64,000 nucleotides of DNA. It comes from Tubiluchus corallicola. Lineage: Eukaryota; Animalia; Priapulida. A model generated the notes under the pieces. That model was not told the DNA's origin, ran no database searches, and saw only the letters and a list, made by a program, of their open reading frames with translations. A program made the position numbers and the translations under genes. The stretch lies in the NCBI GenBank assembly GCA_030141605.1, contig JAQGDQ010000088.1, positions 248,001-312,000 on the forward strand. The letters run 5' to 3'. Below are positions 23,001 through 36,700 of the stretch, one piece after another (within the stretch, counting starts at the first letter, position 1; every line of letters starts with the position of its first letter).

Positions 23001-26000
23001 TGACGTCACAACAATAGCTTTGCGTCAGCAGTTTTCTAAGCGAAAATTGCCGAAAATAAAACTCCTAATTAACTCGTTGATACTCCTCTCGGTGGACCTG
23101 CCCTAACATATAGCCCACATCATCGTGTAGCCCTGTTCTTCCTCTTTCTAAAGAGCCCCATATCTTCTTCCCAGAGTCTCACCGGGCGACGCTAGAACGT
23201 TTTTCCCGCATGCTGTTTTGTCAAAATTTCGAAAAAATCGCGAGTTGGGTCCGGGAAAACGCCCGTTGCGGGGCGCCGTTGTCCTCTCGTGAATTTTAAA
23301 TAGGCCTATGACACCCATCGCTGAATGGGCTATCTATCCATACCCAGTACCCCCCTCGGCCCGTTCCCGTTCTCTACATCTCAGCCGTATAACTTATGCA
23401 AAAAACGGCCGAAAAAGGGCCATTTTTGGAGGTTTTTCGCCTCCCGTTCCTCCCGGTGGGCCCCATTCGAAAAATAAACCCCCAATGAGACGACACTAGA
23501 TCGAGACCTTTCGTTTGATATATAGATCGCCGCAAATGGTGCCCTCGTCCGGGCTGTAGCCTCGAATCTTATATATATATATATATATATACCAAGAATA
23601 TTAATATAAGAGTACTAGCAAAGGCCCTGCAAAAAAATTTGCGTATAAATACACGTATAATCAAGAATGCGCGAACATCTTACATAGTCCTCATTTATAA
23701 CGCAAAGCCAGCCGCAGCTTTTACTGAATTAAAGTATTAAGGTTATAGGCAGAGTATAATGGATGACGTCAGAACAATGGCTTTGCGTCAGCAGTTTTCT
23801 AAGCGAAAATTGCCGAAAATAGAACATCTAATTAACTCGCCAGTATTCCTCTCGGTGGACCTGCCCTAAAGTATAGCCCACATCATCGTGTAGCCCCGTT
23901 CTTCCTCTTTCTAAAGAGCCGTATATCTCCTTCCAAGATTCCCACCAGGCGCCGCTAGAACGTTTTTCCCGCAGGCTGTTTGGCCAAAGTTTCGAAAAAA
24001 TCGCGAGTAGGGTTCGGGAAAACGCCCGTTGCGGGACCCCGTGGCCCTCTCGCGAATTCTAAATAGACCTATGACACCCATCGCTGAATGGGCTATCTAT
24101 CCATACCCAGCACCACCCTCGGCCCATTCCCGTTCTCTACATCTCAGCCGTATAACTTTTGCAAAAAACGGCCGAAAAATGGCCATTTTTGGAGGTTTTT
24201 TGCCGCCCGTTCCTCCCTGTGGGCCCAATTCGAAAAATAAACCATCAATGAGACGACACTAGATCGAGACCTTTAGTTTGATGTATAGATCGCCGCAAAT
24301 GGTGCCCTCGTCGAAGCTGTAGCCTCGAATCTTATATATATATATACCAAGAATATTAATATAATAGAATAGATAGATAAAGCTGGTTGCACTACTTTAA
24401 TACCTTTCCTTGACATTTGAATTTCTTCATATACACATTTCATTTTTAGCCACAAACACCTGCGCCTTATGTGAAGGAGTTTCTTGATGCTGGCCAGTTT
24501 TACACAAATAGGGTGATAAAGGATTACAAAGAAAAGTAAGACCATTACACCACTTTTATAGTGTATATAGGAACTATAGTACTTTGATTAGAAAAATGTT
24601 TTCGTTGTGGCATTTTATTGGGTTATGTTGCATAGTTCCAAGTCTAGGGAAAATTTATTCTTTGCATTCTGTTTATTCACTTGGTTGGTTCTCAATCAGT
24701 AGGGAGTGGATTTTCTCAGGAATGAAAACTCGAATTTTGAATGCAGTCACTGTTATCTGATATAGGATAAAAACCTGCATTAACCAAAGGCAAAAAATTG
24801 ATTAGATTAAATGGACCAAAATAATTAAAAATTTGCTCTTTGATTGAATTTGACTATAAGATGAAAATTTGTTGTTTTTTGAACACTCACTTGACTTATT
24901 TCTTTTACGAAATTGATCAGCAAATGATGGTCCTAATTATTATCAACATTATGCATCAGAAAAGGATGTTTAAGTTGGGACAAATATCAATGGCTGTCTA
25001 CATGGAACTGACAGAAGTGCTGCCTTGTTTGGATGCATGTAAATTTTCCCTCAGTGAAAGAATTAGCTTGACAGAATAGCAGATTAAGTAGCACCAAAGC
25101 AGTTTTTTCTAGTTTTAACCCATCTGTTTACTAAACAAGTTCAGCAGTTTTAAGCATTCACCAGCAAGCATGTTTTGTGAACACTCAATTACCCCTGGGT
25201 ATTTTTCTCTTGAAAACATTTATAATGTTTGTTATGATATATAATATATGCATTGAAGCACTAGTTTCAATACCAGACAGTTTATTCCATGCATTGGATA
25301 ATTAATGTATCAGTTTTGGTGGAGGTAGTTATTCTTCTTTAAGAACATTGTTTCACTGTTGTTTTTTAGAGATAAGAAACATGTGGACTGGACTAAAGCT
25401 TGGATACAAACTTTGATGCAACTTCAATCATATATTAAACAACACCATACAACTGGTATTGCTTGGAATCCAAAGGTGCATACAAAAGATCACAAATGCC
25501 TAGTAGATGGCCTTAGTGCCTTTGCAAATTAGCAAGCTTTCCGTTAAACCAAAAAAAATTGTGACAAAGTTAGCTACAAAACGAAAAGACCCATGGTTTT
25601 CCTTTGTGTTTTTGACCAACATAGTGTATATATTTAATAATATAGAGTTATAATAAAGTGAAAGCATTTCTCACTTTTTATATCGCTGTAACTTGTAGTT
25701 AGATTAAATGCACTGGTTTCGTTTTGATATTTTTGTATCTGTTTATCAGTGTATAAGTGTATTGCTGTCATTTTAAGTAAGTTAATTGATCTTCGCTAAC
25801 TGAAATACCCTCGATCTATTGATTGCCATCAACTGCAAATTGATTCCTATGTAATCACCACTAAAATGTCCCGAACTTCAAGTTGCTGATGTTACTATTT
25901 TAATCATACATTTTAAAATTCACACTGTATGTTGTCGTTATTAATATAATTTCATTTTATTCTATTCTATTCTCTATTCTCGTACCTATTGCTCGCAGTT

Positions 26001-29000
26001 GCTTGTATATTTTTACATCTGGTGTCAAAACTAGATAAAACCTTTATAAATTTGTTAGGCATGGAAAGTTTATACACATCTTTTCAGAAAAATATTCTTT
26101 TTGCCACTTACCAAAAATCTTGCTTAATGATGTGCTATGGCTGTATGCAAGCTGCTCAAATTTTTATTATTAATAAATTGCTAAATAAAATTTTACTTTA
26201 GGTAATAATTCTGTCTCTCATTAATTTTTCATTACGCTTGTAGGGAATTGATGCTCTTAGTGCGGTGAAACCGAATCTTCTTCCGAAGCCCAAAGGAGCG
26301 GCTCCACCACCACCACCTCCAGGGGGTGCACCACCACCTCCACCTCCTCCTTTGGCACCCCTTTGGCAGCCAGAGCAAGAAAGTGATTCTAAGGCGGCTT
26401 TATTTGCTGATTTGAACAAGGGATTGGACATTACAAAAAGTAGCAGATAAGAACCTTTTTGTTATCCTTGTAGCAGTACTCAGTTTTACGGAATCTTAAA
26501 AAACACTGTTCATTAATAGATAATTTTTACGATAAAACAATTGTATTTTTAAAAATTACATTGAGAATATTCTGTAGATGAAAGATTTATACACAATTGC
26601 AAACTAGAATTCATAGTACATCAGTTTGCATCTGATACGACATGTTTATCGTTACCTTTTGCTGTTGCCAGTCACACGAACTGCTTCAATATAGGCATTA
26701 CTAAACAAGTTTCTCTATACAAGAAAACTGTTAAATTGTTTGTATGATTTGGTGCCAATGTTAACAGGGTCAGAAATATTGTCGAATGTATATTATTGGC
26801 ACCATTTCTACAGTTTGTTTCTATTAACTATATCTTAAATGCAGTGTGACGGTACTTAGTGTATAGTTGGCTTTTTCTTTCAAACTGTGAAGGAGGTAAT
26901 TATTTACATTTATTCCACATAACGTTTTTGTTTGAGTTTGAGAGTAATGCATTTTAATCTTTTTTCTTGGGCATCTGATATCGTGTAAATGATGTAGTGA
27001 TTCCTTGTCGAAAGTGTCAGTTACCGAACTATTTTGCACTGTGCTTTTCCAGGCCTAAAGAAGGTATCTGATGATATGAAAACTCACAAAAATCCTGCTT
27101 TGAAGGCAGGACCACAACCATATACGCCCGGGCCTAAAGGGTACAAAGCACCTGCAGTATCGAGTGTAGCACAAAAACCTCAACCCGTTAAACCACCCTT
27201 GTTTGAACTGCAGGGCAAGAAGTGGATTATTGTAAGTAACTATTAAGTGTTGGGTGTTCAAATTATGCAATCAAGAAACATAAAAACTTTATTTGTTCTA
27301 CGTTTTAATTCAGTTTATAAGTGGCAATTTTGATGGAGTAGTTACAAATCTAAACTTGTGACTTTTGCATCCAAAAGCTAATGTATTGTGACACCGCATT
27401 GTGAAGTTTCAATTTTGTAGGGCAGTGGCTTCTAATATTATTGTAGTTTAAATTTCGGCACTTTTTTGCTGTGCCACCCTTATAGTTTGCTTGTCACATA
27501 ATTTTTATTTGCAGGCATAATTTCTCGTGAAACTGTTTAGCTATCGCCACATTCATTTTTAAATGAAAAGCAATCGCGGCATGATTTGTCCTGTGTATGC
27601 AAAGGAAGCTATTACCATGATATGAAATAAGCTAGATCAACCAACAAAGTATTAGTTATTCACGTGCCTTATTTTTTAGATGGATCTACATCCTGTTGTA
27701 TTTACGACATGTTGTCTTAAAAGCAATAATTATGGCTTGTAGTATTACATACATAGTTTCTGTGCATTGTCGGGATTGTTAACATTGTTTTTTAGTACTG
27801 CATAGACTTATTATTTGATTTACAGGAGAATCAGAAAGACCAACGAGAGCTAGTAGTTCAGGAAACCGAAATGAAACAAGTTGTATATATATACAACTGC
27901 ATAAATTCAACAGTTCAGATTAAAGGCAAGATAAACTCTATCACGTTAGGTAAGCTCACTATTTTCTTCATTTTTTGTACACTAATATAATGTATTGATG
28001 TAAACTTGTTCTTGTGCAAACAATTTGAAACAAATTCACTCAAGACTCAACCTTGAGCAACTTGCGTACTAAGCTATTCAGAGCCGTACTTGCGTGTTGT
28101 CAACCTTGGTTTCTTACGCCTTGGTGTCGTTTGAATTTGAATAACACAGTATTCTAAAGGATATTAGCCTGATTAGCTTTTTAGAGGTTTAGCATTATGT
28201 TTTTACATATGCATTATGTAATACAGAAAAATAATTAGTGGAACTTCCAAACTACTTTTCTAGAAATGTGACTAGTTACTTTGTAGGTTACAAGTTATTA
28301 TTTTAGTATTTTGAGAAGTACTGATACTATTATAATTTGTTACTATTGTGTAGATGTAACTATAACTCTGTTATGACACATATCAATTATCAAGTAATTT
28401 TTTCTTGTAAAGGTTTTCTACATGAAATTCTGTAACGTCGTAAAAATAATGGTTACAGCTTCTTGCAGTTTTGGTGAAGCATTTCATTCACTTCTTACAT
28501 TCAATTTGTCCGCCATATTGATCAGTTTTTTGTAACAAATACTACTGTGTTTCGACCATTTCTGAATGCAGTCTCCAAATAAGCTTATTACCCAAGCCTT
28601 GTAAATTTTTAATATTTTTTATAACCTGCATTTTTAATAGGTTTTTAGCTAACTAACATTTTAATAGCTAATTTGACTCTTCTAATTTATCTAAAGGAAG
28701 TACAGCTGTTTTATTCTGAACATCTTTATTATATCATTTTTCATAATGTTGAGCTAAACTCAAACTCCTGAGCTTTAAAGTATTTCGGTGGTACAATGAG
28801 GTGGCACAGTCTAAAGCCAAGTCAGGTACTGAAATACAAGCACAAAAGAGTAAACAAAATCATCTCGTTCTGAAAATAGTATTAAGTTAGTAACTTTACC
28901 AAGTAGTTTGCTTAAAATAACCGCATTACTTATGCAGCAGTAGCTTATTTGACAGTACAGCTGTTACTAGCAGTTTTATTACCATGGCTGGTATTAAACC

Positions 29001-30911
29001 ATACAACACAAATTATTAGAATCATTCTAGCATTTTGTACAGTAAGTTTCCAGCAGGCCTCAATAAAATAAGAATAAAAGTTACTGCGATACAGGTAAAT
29101 GTTTCTAATTTTTGTTTCACTATTACTGCTTGGAAATAACATATTACAACTGTGTTACTCAGAATTCAACGGAACTGCAGCAATGCAGTAAATACAAAAG
29201 TAATTTTATCTTGTTTTTAACCGTTTTTTTAAATTTTCATGTACCTTTTTTTCAGATCACTGCAAGAACACTGGAGTAGTGTTTGAAAATGCTGTGTCAT
29301 CTGCAGAGATTGTGAATTGTCAACGTGTCCAAATTCAGGTAAAATTTCCATTTGACATGATTTTCCAAATTTTAAACCACCTGTATGATGCACTCCCTTA
29401 GAACAAAATCATCGCAATAATTTAATCTATTACTGAAATTATAAGTAAACCAAAGGTTCCACTCTACATAGCTTCCATGATTTTGTTGCTGTTTTTGACC
29501 ACTGATTGATAGCTGATTATTTGTGGCTTCTTCTACATTGTGCCTGTAAAAGAAGCTTCTCACTGAAGTACCAAGATGGATAATGTCTGATAGGACTTTT
29601 TGTATTTTTCTTTCAGATGTTAAATATACAAATTTCTTTGCATTTATTTTTCATTCTTTAGGTAATAAATAGTACTTTAACCTTGTGTAGTTTTTCTTAC
29701 ATTAAATAATCTCTGTTTTTGACTGCATTTTCTATACCTGTTCTTCTTAAATAGGTGACCGGTAAAGTACCAACTATTACTATTGATAAAACTGATGGTG
29801 CTCAAGTGTTCCTTAGCAGGGATTCTTTAGGTGTAGAGATTGTATCAGCTAAGTCTTCTGAAATGAACATCAGTGTACCTAATGAAAATGGAGAATTTGT
29901 AAGTGCAACCTTTATTATAGCTCTAGGTCGTTTAGAGATTACCATGCAAAACATTACTGAAAAATTGGCTTATTCTTACATCTAACTTCTGTCAAGCTAA
30001 CTTCCAATCAACTGCGGATAAAATGAGCTTTATCGTGAATTTATATAATGACAGTTATTTGTTGATAGAAGCAATAAATATTTTTATTAGTTGATAATAT
30101 TGATGTTAGTCAAATTGTTAGTTGATACATTATAACTTTTCACAAACAACGTTAAAATGTTTTTGCCTGTATAACTGTTCTTAGTAATTTATAAATATTT
30201 ACAACAGCTTAAATTTATAGGCTGTCATAATGCTTTGCACTTGCTAACAATACTGGGTAGTAACAGCAGTAGTAGTAGCAAGATTTGATGTACTACTAAA
30301 TTTTTCATTGGCTTTAGTGAACCTTCGGCTTTTTTCACATACAGCAACAAAAATTAATGTTACATCATGCTGAGAACAATAACTTTTGAATGCAGCAATC
30401 AACTCATTTTGGTTTTTTTTTAATAAAATATAAAAACTTCAGCACCTGTGCATAAAAGGGTCAATAAATAATCCAGTAGAATAGAATGTATCAGTAGCTG
30501 CTGCTGTATAGCTATATCTTTTGGAGGTAAATGTAGTTAGCGTCTTTTATGAACTAGTGGCTGTAGCTTAGCTAATATGTTTTTTGTAGTTTATCCAACA
30601 CTGGTTTTTAATTACAATTGCACTGATATATAAATTAAATCCGTCACTCGAGTGCAAAAGTCTGTGCAGGATATACAATTTATTATAAAATCATATCAGT
30701 TTAGTATATGAATCATATGACGTAAGGACCCATACTAGAAATTTTAATGATATATTTTTGCAATAGTTTTGGCCTGTTTATCAGCAGTTACATTGACAAA
30801 TCCCTTGTGTGTACGTGGTTGTTACAGAGCGAGTTTGCAGTGCCAGAACAATATAAGACCACTTGGACTGGGAACTGTTTCAAAACTGTTGTGGCTGAAC
30901 AGACTGGTTAG
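15438..30911 (+). CDS. CAP1: Adenylyl cyclase-associated protein (CAP/Srv2), 479 aa
   Basis: Exons 15438-15549, 16964-17067, 17808-17885, 19292-19435, 24450-24535, 25370-25475, 26244-26439, 27053-27231, 27826-27949, 29256-29338, 29755-29898, 30828-30911 total 1440 nt in frame. Motifs: N-terminal [36 protein letters not shown], poly-Pro, WH2 ([29 protein letters not shown]), CARP domain ([30 protein letters not shown]). Confidence 0.97.
19913..20076. repeat. (GA)n microsatellite
   Basis: ~160 bp of nearly pure GA repeat in CAP intron 4. Confidence 0.97.
20395..24377 (-). mobile_element. Head-to-tail array of five non-autonomous Helitrons
   Basis: Units at 20395-21263, 21264-21984, 21985-22814, 22815-23614 and 23615-~24377. 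On the minus strand the four related units start TC(T/C)CTTATATTAATATTCTTGG(TA)n or a close variant. Units end in a hairpin (CGCAAAA-TC-TTTTGCG in units 1-2, variants in the others) about 10 nt before CTAG (CTAT in unit 4). The first two junctions read CTAG|TC; the outer flanks fit an A|T target with no TSD. Confidence 0.85.
22020..22720. repeat. CACCA/CACAC-rich low-complexity minisatellite forming the interior of Helitron unit 3
   Basis: Imperfect ACACC/CACCACACCATAC repeats over ~650 bp, followed by (TGA)n. It generates spurious His/Thr and Trp/Cys/Val ORFs. Confidence 0.9.
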
Positions 30912-32334
30912 ATTTGGATTTCAGGAAGATCTATGTGTCGGTTGGATTTGGACTTTGATAAGTTTGCGACCTACGGTTATCAACACATATAATTACATGA
31001 GGCACCAAGAGTAATTTGCTGAAATGGAATGTCTGTTTGTTTATTCTGTATTTGTAGTCATTTATTTCTACAAGCTGTGCTTTACAACTAGCATTAACAT
31101 TTCTTTAATAAGTAAAATTAATTAATATTTCAAAAGTTAATCAAGTCTGAATGACAACATTGTAAACAAACAATTATTTCCAAAATTTTTACTTTCTTTA
31201 TAGAATTTATTAATTAAATGCACAGGTCCCGGTGCACATTTACCTGTAAGGAAAAAATTATTAATTTCGTACATTTTTTAGTTTCAAATTATATTTGATT
31301 TCCTTTATTGTAGCTATTCAATGTTTCTTTCATAAATTTAACCTGTTACATTACTCACTACTTTCATTCTATTTTTTCAGTGCAGAGATGCAGAAATAAT
31401 ATATTTGTATGTTGTATGAAAAAAATCATCCGTTATTCTGAAATTTAACTCAGATGAAATTGAATGCGAAATGCTTAGAAGTACAGTATGATATATTCAT
31501 TGTTACTTATTCATTATGTGACTGAGAATTGATGTTATTTTTACAGCCACAGAGTGGCAATGTTGTTTTGGAATACAAGCTAGTATATTAGTATTGAAAA
31601 TTTCTGTGATTTGTTTTGAAAATTTATACAGCAATCAGGTGATTTTATTATGATAATTATAACACAGCATATGTGCTATAAATGATTTGAATAAAAATAT
31701 TTTGCAAAAATATCTTGCAGATTTTGTGTTTCACTACAAGTAACACTTTACTGATTAGTTTTAAAACAAAGGAAGTAAATACTTTGGTGAAAATGATCTA
31801 AAAACGAAAAGCAATGAAAAACTTCAGTTAGTTTTTTACAACACGTAAAATATAATTATACTCTGTATACATATAGAAGCAATATTTATATAGACATCTG
31901 AACACATAACACTTACTTTTAAGTAAACAAAATGACAACTCACATAATTGCTGAAACTTATGACTAAGTTATTGTTAGTTACTTGCAACCAGCCAATATA
32001 AGAACAGATCTCTCAATAAAATTGCAAATTTCTTCTGTGTTGCACTAATCTTGCCAAATAAAGAAAATTGCAGTTTTAATAATGTTCTGGTGACTATTAT
32101 GTAATTATAAAAACCCATCAAACACTTGCTCAAACTTATTCACATGCGTCGTATATTTATCAGGTTGAAGACAGGCTTTGAAATCACAGAAAGTTTGTAG
32201 CCTATCTACTAATGACTGTACGATATCACAATTATAACGCTGGAGCAAATCTTTAAAAAACTGCATCACATTCACAAAGGATGAGCTAAAAATCTTAAGG
32301 AATTATACATGCAAGAAGAGTTTACTTCTGTTAC

Positions 32335-33272
32335 GTTGTTTCAATGCCAATTATATTGTCAAACACAAAGACCATGATTGCTAAAAAGCACAACATGGGC
32401 ACAAACAAATTACATTGGACCATTTTTGTGTGACCATAGGCAATGGACAAAATCTGATTTCTGCTTCACATGATCAAAAGTAACATCAAAGCTACAAAAT
32501 TCTTTGCACTGTAATTTTGTCAATTTAAGCAGCATAATAAACAAAGAAAGTTTCATTGACAACAATGCATTCCATCCACAAATACTATTGCAACTTTGCA
32601 TTTTGAGTGCAAAATTAGTATTCGTATGTAATTTCAAAAAAGAAATACATTTATATCATTGAAATGTGAAGACCAATATCATGAAGCACAAGGAAAAGTA
32701 ATGAACAACTAGAAAGTACATCAACTATTGAATCTAACTTACATACTAATATTCTGTGATAATTGAATTTATTTAGCTCTTGCTCTTAGATTTTTGAACC
32801 AAAATTTGATAGAAAAAGTGCTCAATTACTTCATAAATGGATGAGCAGTGATACTAAACCATTGCTCCAGATGTGTAATTTTTGTAATTGGGCTGATAAA
32901 GATGCAATTAAGTTTACACAGCCATTCCTTTATGCGATCACTGGAAATATGACCATTCTGTACCATCTTTTGAATCACCAGTGATGATGGCAGAGATTTA
33001 TAATGGTAGAAGTAGCTTAATGATTTACAGCCTATTGGCAAGTTGGGCTGTACCACAGCTAGTGACCCTTTGGTGAAAACCGCATACCAAATGCTAAGCT
33101 GTTATTATATGGATGGAATTCATAGTGACATAGAAGAGTTAGCCTGAATGTCAGACCTACAGTTCCCATTTAGAAAATGCATATTTGGTTCAGGCGAGTT
33201 ACAGGTCCTGTGTACTTCTTTCTTAAAGTCACTGATCAAAGTGTTTGAAAATTTAGGTTCACTTTCAACAGG
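32335..33272 (-). pseudogene. Decayed tandem copy of the dve last-exon 3' part (homeodomain 2) plus 3' UTR
   Basis: Colinear with ~33295-34320. It gives [48 protein letters not shown] versus the real [48 protein letters not shown], with deletions and stops. Confidence 0.9.
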
Positions 33273-33716
33273 ATTCACATACTTCTACCACATTATTTCA
33301 ATGCCAGTTATATTTTGTTGCCAAAAACTAATATCAAAATTGGAGGTCATGATTGTTAAAAAGCACAACACAGACACAAACAGATTACATCGGACCATTT
33401 CTGTGTTACCGTAAGCAAGAGACAAAATCTAATTTATAATTCACACACTCAAATGTAACATCAGAGCCGCAAAATTCTTTGCACTATAATTTATCAATTT
33501 AAGCAGCGTAAACACTAAAAGCTTTATTGACGTCAGTGCATTCTATCCACAAATGCTATTTCAATCTATTACATCTTGAATGTAAAATTAGTATTCATAC
33601 GTAATTTCAAAAAAGAAATACATTTATATTATCTAAATGTGAGGACCAATATCATCAAGCACATAAGAAAAAATAATTATCAAGAACTAGAAAGTACACT
33701 GACTATTGAATCTAAC

Positions 33717-36700
33717 TTACACACTAATATCCTGCGACAATCGAAGTTTTTTAGCTCTTGCTCTTCGATTTTTGAACCAAAATTGGACGTTCTTTGGCTC
33801 TAACTTTGGAAATCTTTGTCGATATTCAAAAGAGTTGAGTTCACGGGTAAAATGTTCAATTTCTTCATGAGACGGATGAGTAGTGATACCAAACCATTGC
33901 TCCAGACGTGGAATTTCTGTGATTGGATCAATAAAGATGCGGTTACGTTTACTCCGCCGTTCCTCTATGTGATCACTGGAAATCTGACCATTCTGTACCA
34001 TATTTCGAATCACCAGCGAGGACGGCAGAGATCTATAATGACTGGAGTAACTTGGTGACTTATAGGCAAGTTCAGCTGCACTACAGCTGACCATGGTCGG
34101 TGGACCTTTTGGTGAAAATCGCGTACAAAATGGAATAGTTAAGCTGCTATTATATGGATGGAATTCATGAGGCGATGTACAAGAGTTAGCCTGAACGTCG
34201 GACATGCAGTTCCCATTTAGAAAATGCATATTTGGTTCGGGCGAATTACTGGTTCCATGTACTTCTTTCTTAATGTCACTGTTCAAGGTGATTGCGAGTT
34301 TACTTTCACTTTCAACAGAATTTGCTTTGGCCAGCTCAGATCTTCTATCATCATCTGAATCACTCCTTTCATCATCAGATATCTCATCACCATCATAATG
34401 GACAACTCTAGGTTCTCCATGAGTTTGATCACAAACCTTGTTTGCATGCTCTTTATTAAGACTAGATACTTCATCATCACTGATGTGGGCAGCTTTCTCA
34501 GTTTTCTGATCAGTCATTTCTACATCTACATTTTCTTCTATACAACTATCATCTGATAATGTATTTGACATCTGTGAACCATACATACCAAGGGCACGCT
34601 TGTACGCAGCTCTTGCATTTTTAAACCAGTAAACTAGATTGTTAACGTCGAGTGGCTTTCGGCCTTTACGAGTCTCAAATGCATTCAGTTCATTAACGTA
34701 CTGTTGGATTTGGTAACGGCTAGGATGTTGATTCTGTGCAAACCACTGGTGTAACTTTGGTAATTCTAATTCTGGATCAAATGATATTCGCATCCTTGTT
34801 TTATGCATCACCGGGCGTGGTATAAACTGGGTATCATTGCTTGCATTTACTGTTGTTGGTGGCGTCTTCTCTTCACTTGACGACTGACTGTCTGTACGGA
34901 CTGTTTGTGATGGCGTGAGGGATTGTTCAGATGTAGGAGCCATGACGGATTTACCAAGCTGTTCATCAAACCACCGATCAAACATTTTTGTTGCATCTTC
35001 AGGCAGGCAGTTGGGTCTGTTTCCATTGGCTAGTGCATCAAGAATGGACTAAAATAACAAAAGTGTATTTACATGTAACATAATGTACACATTGCCATTA
35101 ATAACTTTTTTAAGGAGTTATAAAAATTAATCAAATTTTGACTTATGTACATGGGGCAGCATCATATCTCAGTAATATCATGTTAAATAAAAGGGACACA
35201 TGCATGTGGGAAAGAAAAAGATGCAAGTAATGTCAAATAATGCTGTGTTTTGCTAGACTGAAAGATAAATGCACACTTTTGGCATTGCATGAATAATGTC
35301 AATGGCAACATAATTTGTCATCATCAATAGCAGGTCCAAAACTCACGAGTCAGGCTATGTTGGGGCTGTTGTAGTTATTGCTATTACATTGAGTAGTTAA
35401 CTGACTAAGAATCTTATATTGAAAAATAGATTAGCAAAAAGAGCATGTGATTTCTATACCCATTTTCAGTAGAAGTGTAAAAAAGCCTCTAAAATGCATT
35501 TGTTACTGTTGTAGAACTAGGCAAAACCAGATTACCAAATCTAAAATAGTTGAAGTTTCCTTGTTATGATGTTTTTTGGCTTACAAGACTTGCAAAAATA
35601 CGAGACTCATGTTTTATAAATCGTTTTCTATAACTTTAATATGTATTATCACCACAATTAATTTACCATATAATACCTATGTATCATTGTAAAAGCATTT
35701 ACAAGTAACTGTAAGGAGCTTGTGCCTTTGCAATGCCAGATTTGTCAGTTTTTTGTGCATATAATGACTTGCTCATGCTTATCAACTTCACAGAGCTTAA
35801 GCTTAAAAGCAATACTAACACTTTTCAACTTTAACTTTGCATCCATAGTATTAGTTACCAAATATAATGTGTTACCTAATACAGATATTACCTAATATGG
35901 AATTAGCCGAATAAGCTGAGTGACTGTTACTTGAAAGACCAGCAGAATAATGCATCCATCCAAACAAGATTAGAATGAGACTAATGGACCAAAATTGGAT
36001 AATGTTAAGCTACACTATTTAGGTTTTATGCAGGTAAGGCAGTGAAATCCTGTTAACCTGGTCCGAGTCGATCAAATGTAAGGTTACTTTTACACTTTGT
36101 TATTAAACTCAGCACCAGGAATAATAACGACACAATGACCCAAAGAAAACAGCAGCCAAAGCAACAACAAGGGCAACAGTAATTTGACAAAACCAGGTTA
36201 CAAAATCCAAAGTAGTTAAATTTTCCTTGTTATGTTTTTTTAGATATACAATATAAATGTACATATGTATAATTCTACATGGCTTAGAAACACCAGAATT
36301 TATGAAGAAGTAAGCCAACCTCATATAACCTCTTCTGCAACATATACAAAAATAAATAAGATGCAACAATAAAGAAATAGAGATCAGTGTCTCAACCTTT
36401 GAAACATCGTGTCTTTTCGTTTATCATGCAATTTTTAATTGTAATTGCAACTGTTCCTGTCATTAAGAATTATCTCTGTGTCATAAATAGGCCAAATTGT
36501 GTTTTTGGGACATAATTGAAAATGAGATTAAGCTATTTAAAAAAAACAAAAACTTTATCTGCTAGGCTTTTCAAGAAGTTTACTAGTCAGTGAAGAAAAT
36601 TAGAATGCAAACAAACAAATCCCAAACTGCCTACCTTTTCAATGGGGCAGCCACAGTTCGTAAGTAAAGTTTGAGATTTAAGAAGTAGCAGCTGTAATAA

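Noticed and set aside
20726-24262. Repeated 60-90 aa ORFs (e.g. [28 protein letters not shown]) in the array
   Set aside because: Starts, lengths and frames differ between copies and indels break them. They are by-products of the GC-rich Helitron interior, with no Rep/helicase motifs.
20395-24377. CRISPR-like or rDNA/snRNA tandem array
   Set aside because: The context is eukaryotic, units are 700-870 bp without unique spacers, and I recognise no rRNA or snRNA sequence. The termini fit Helitrons.
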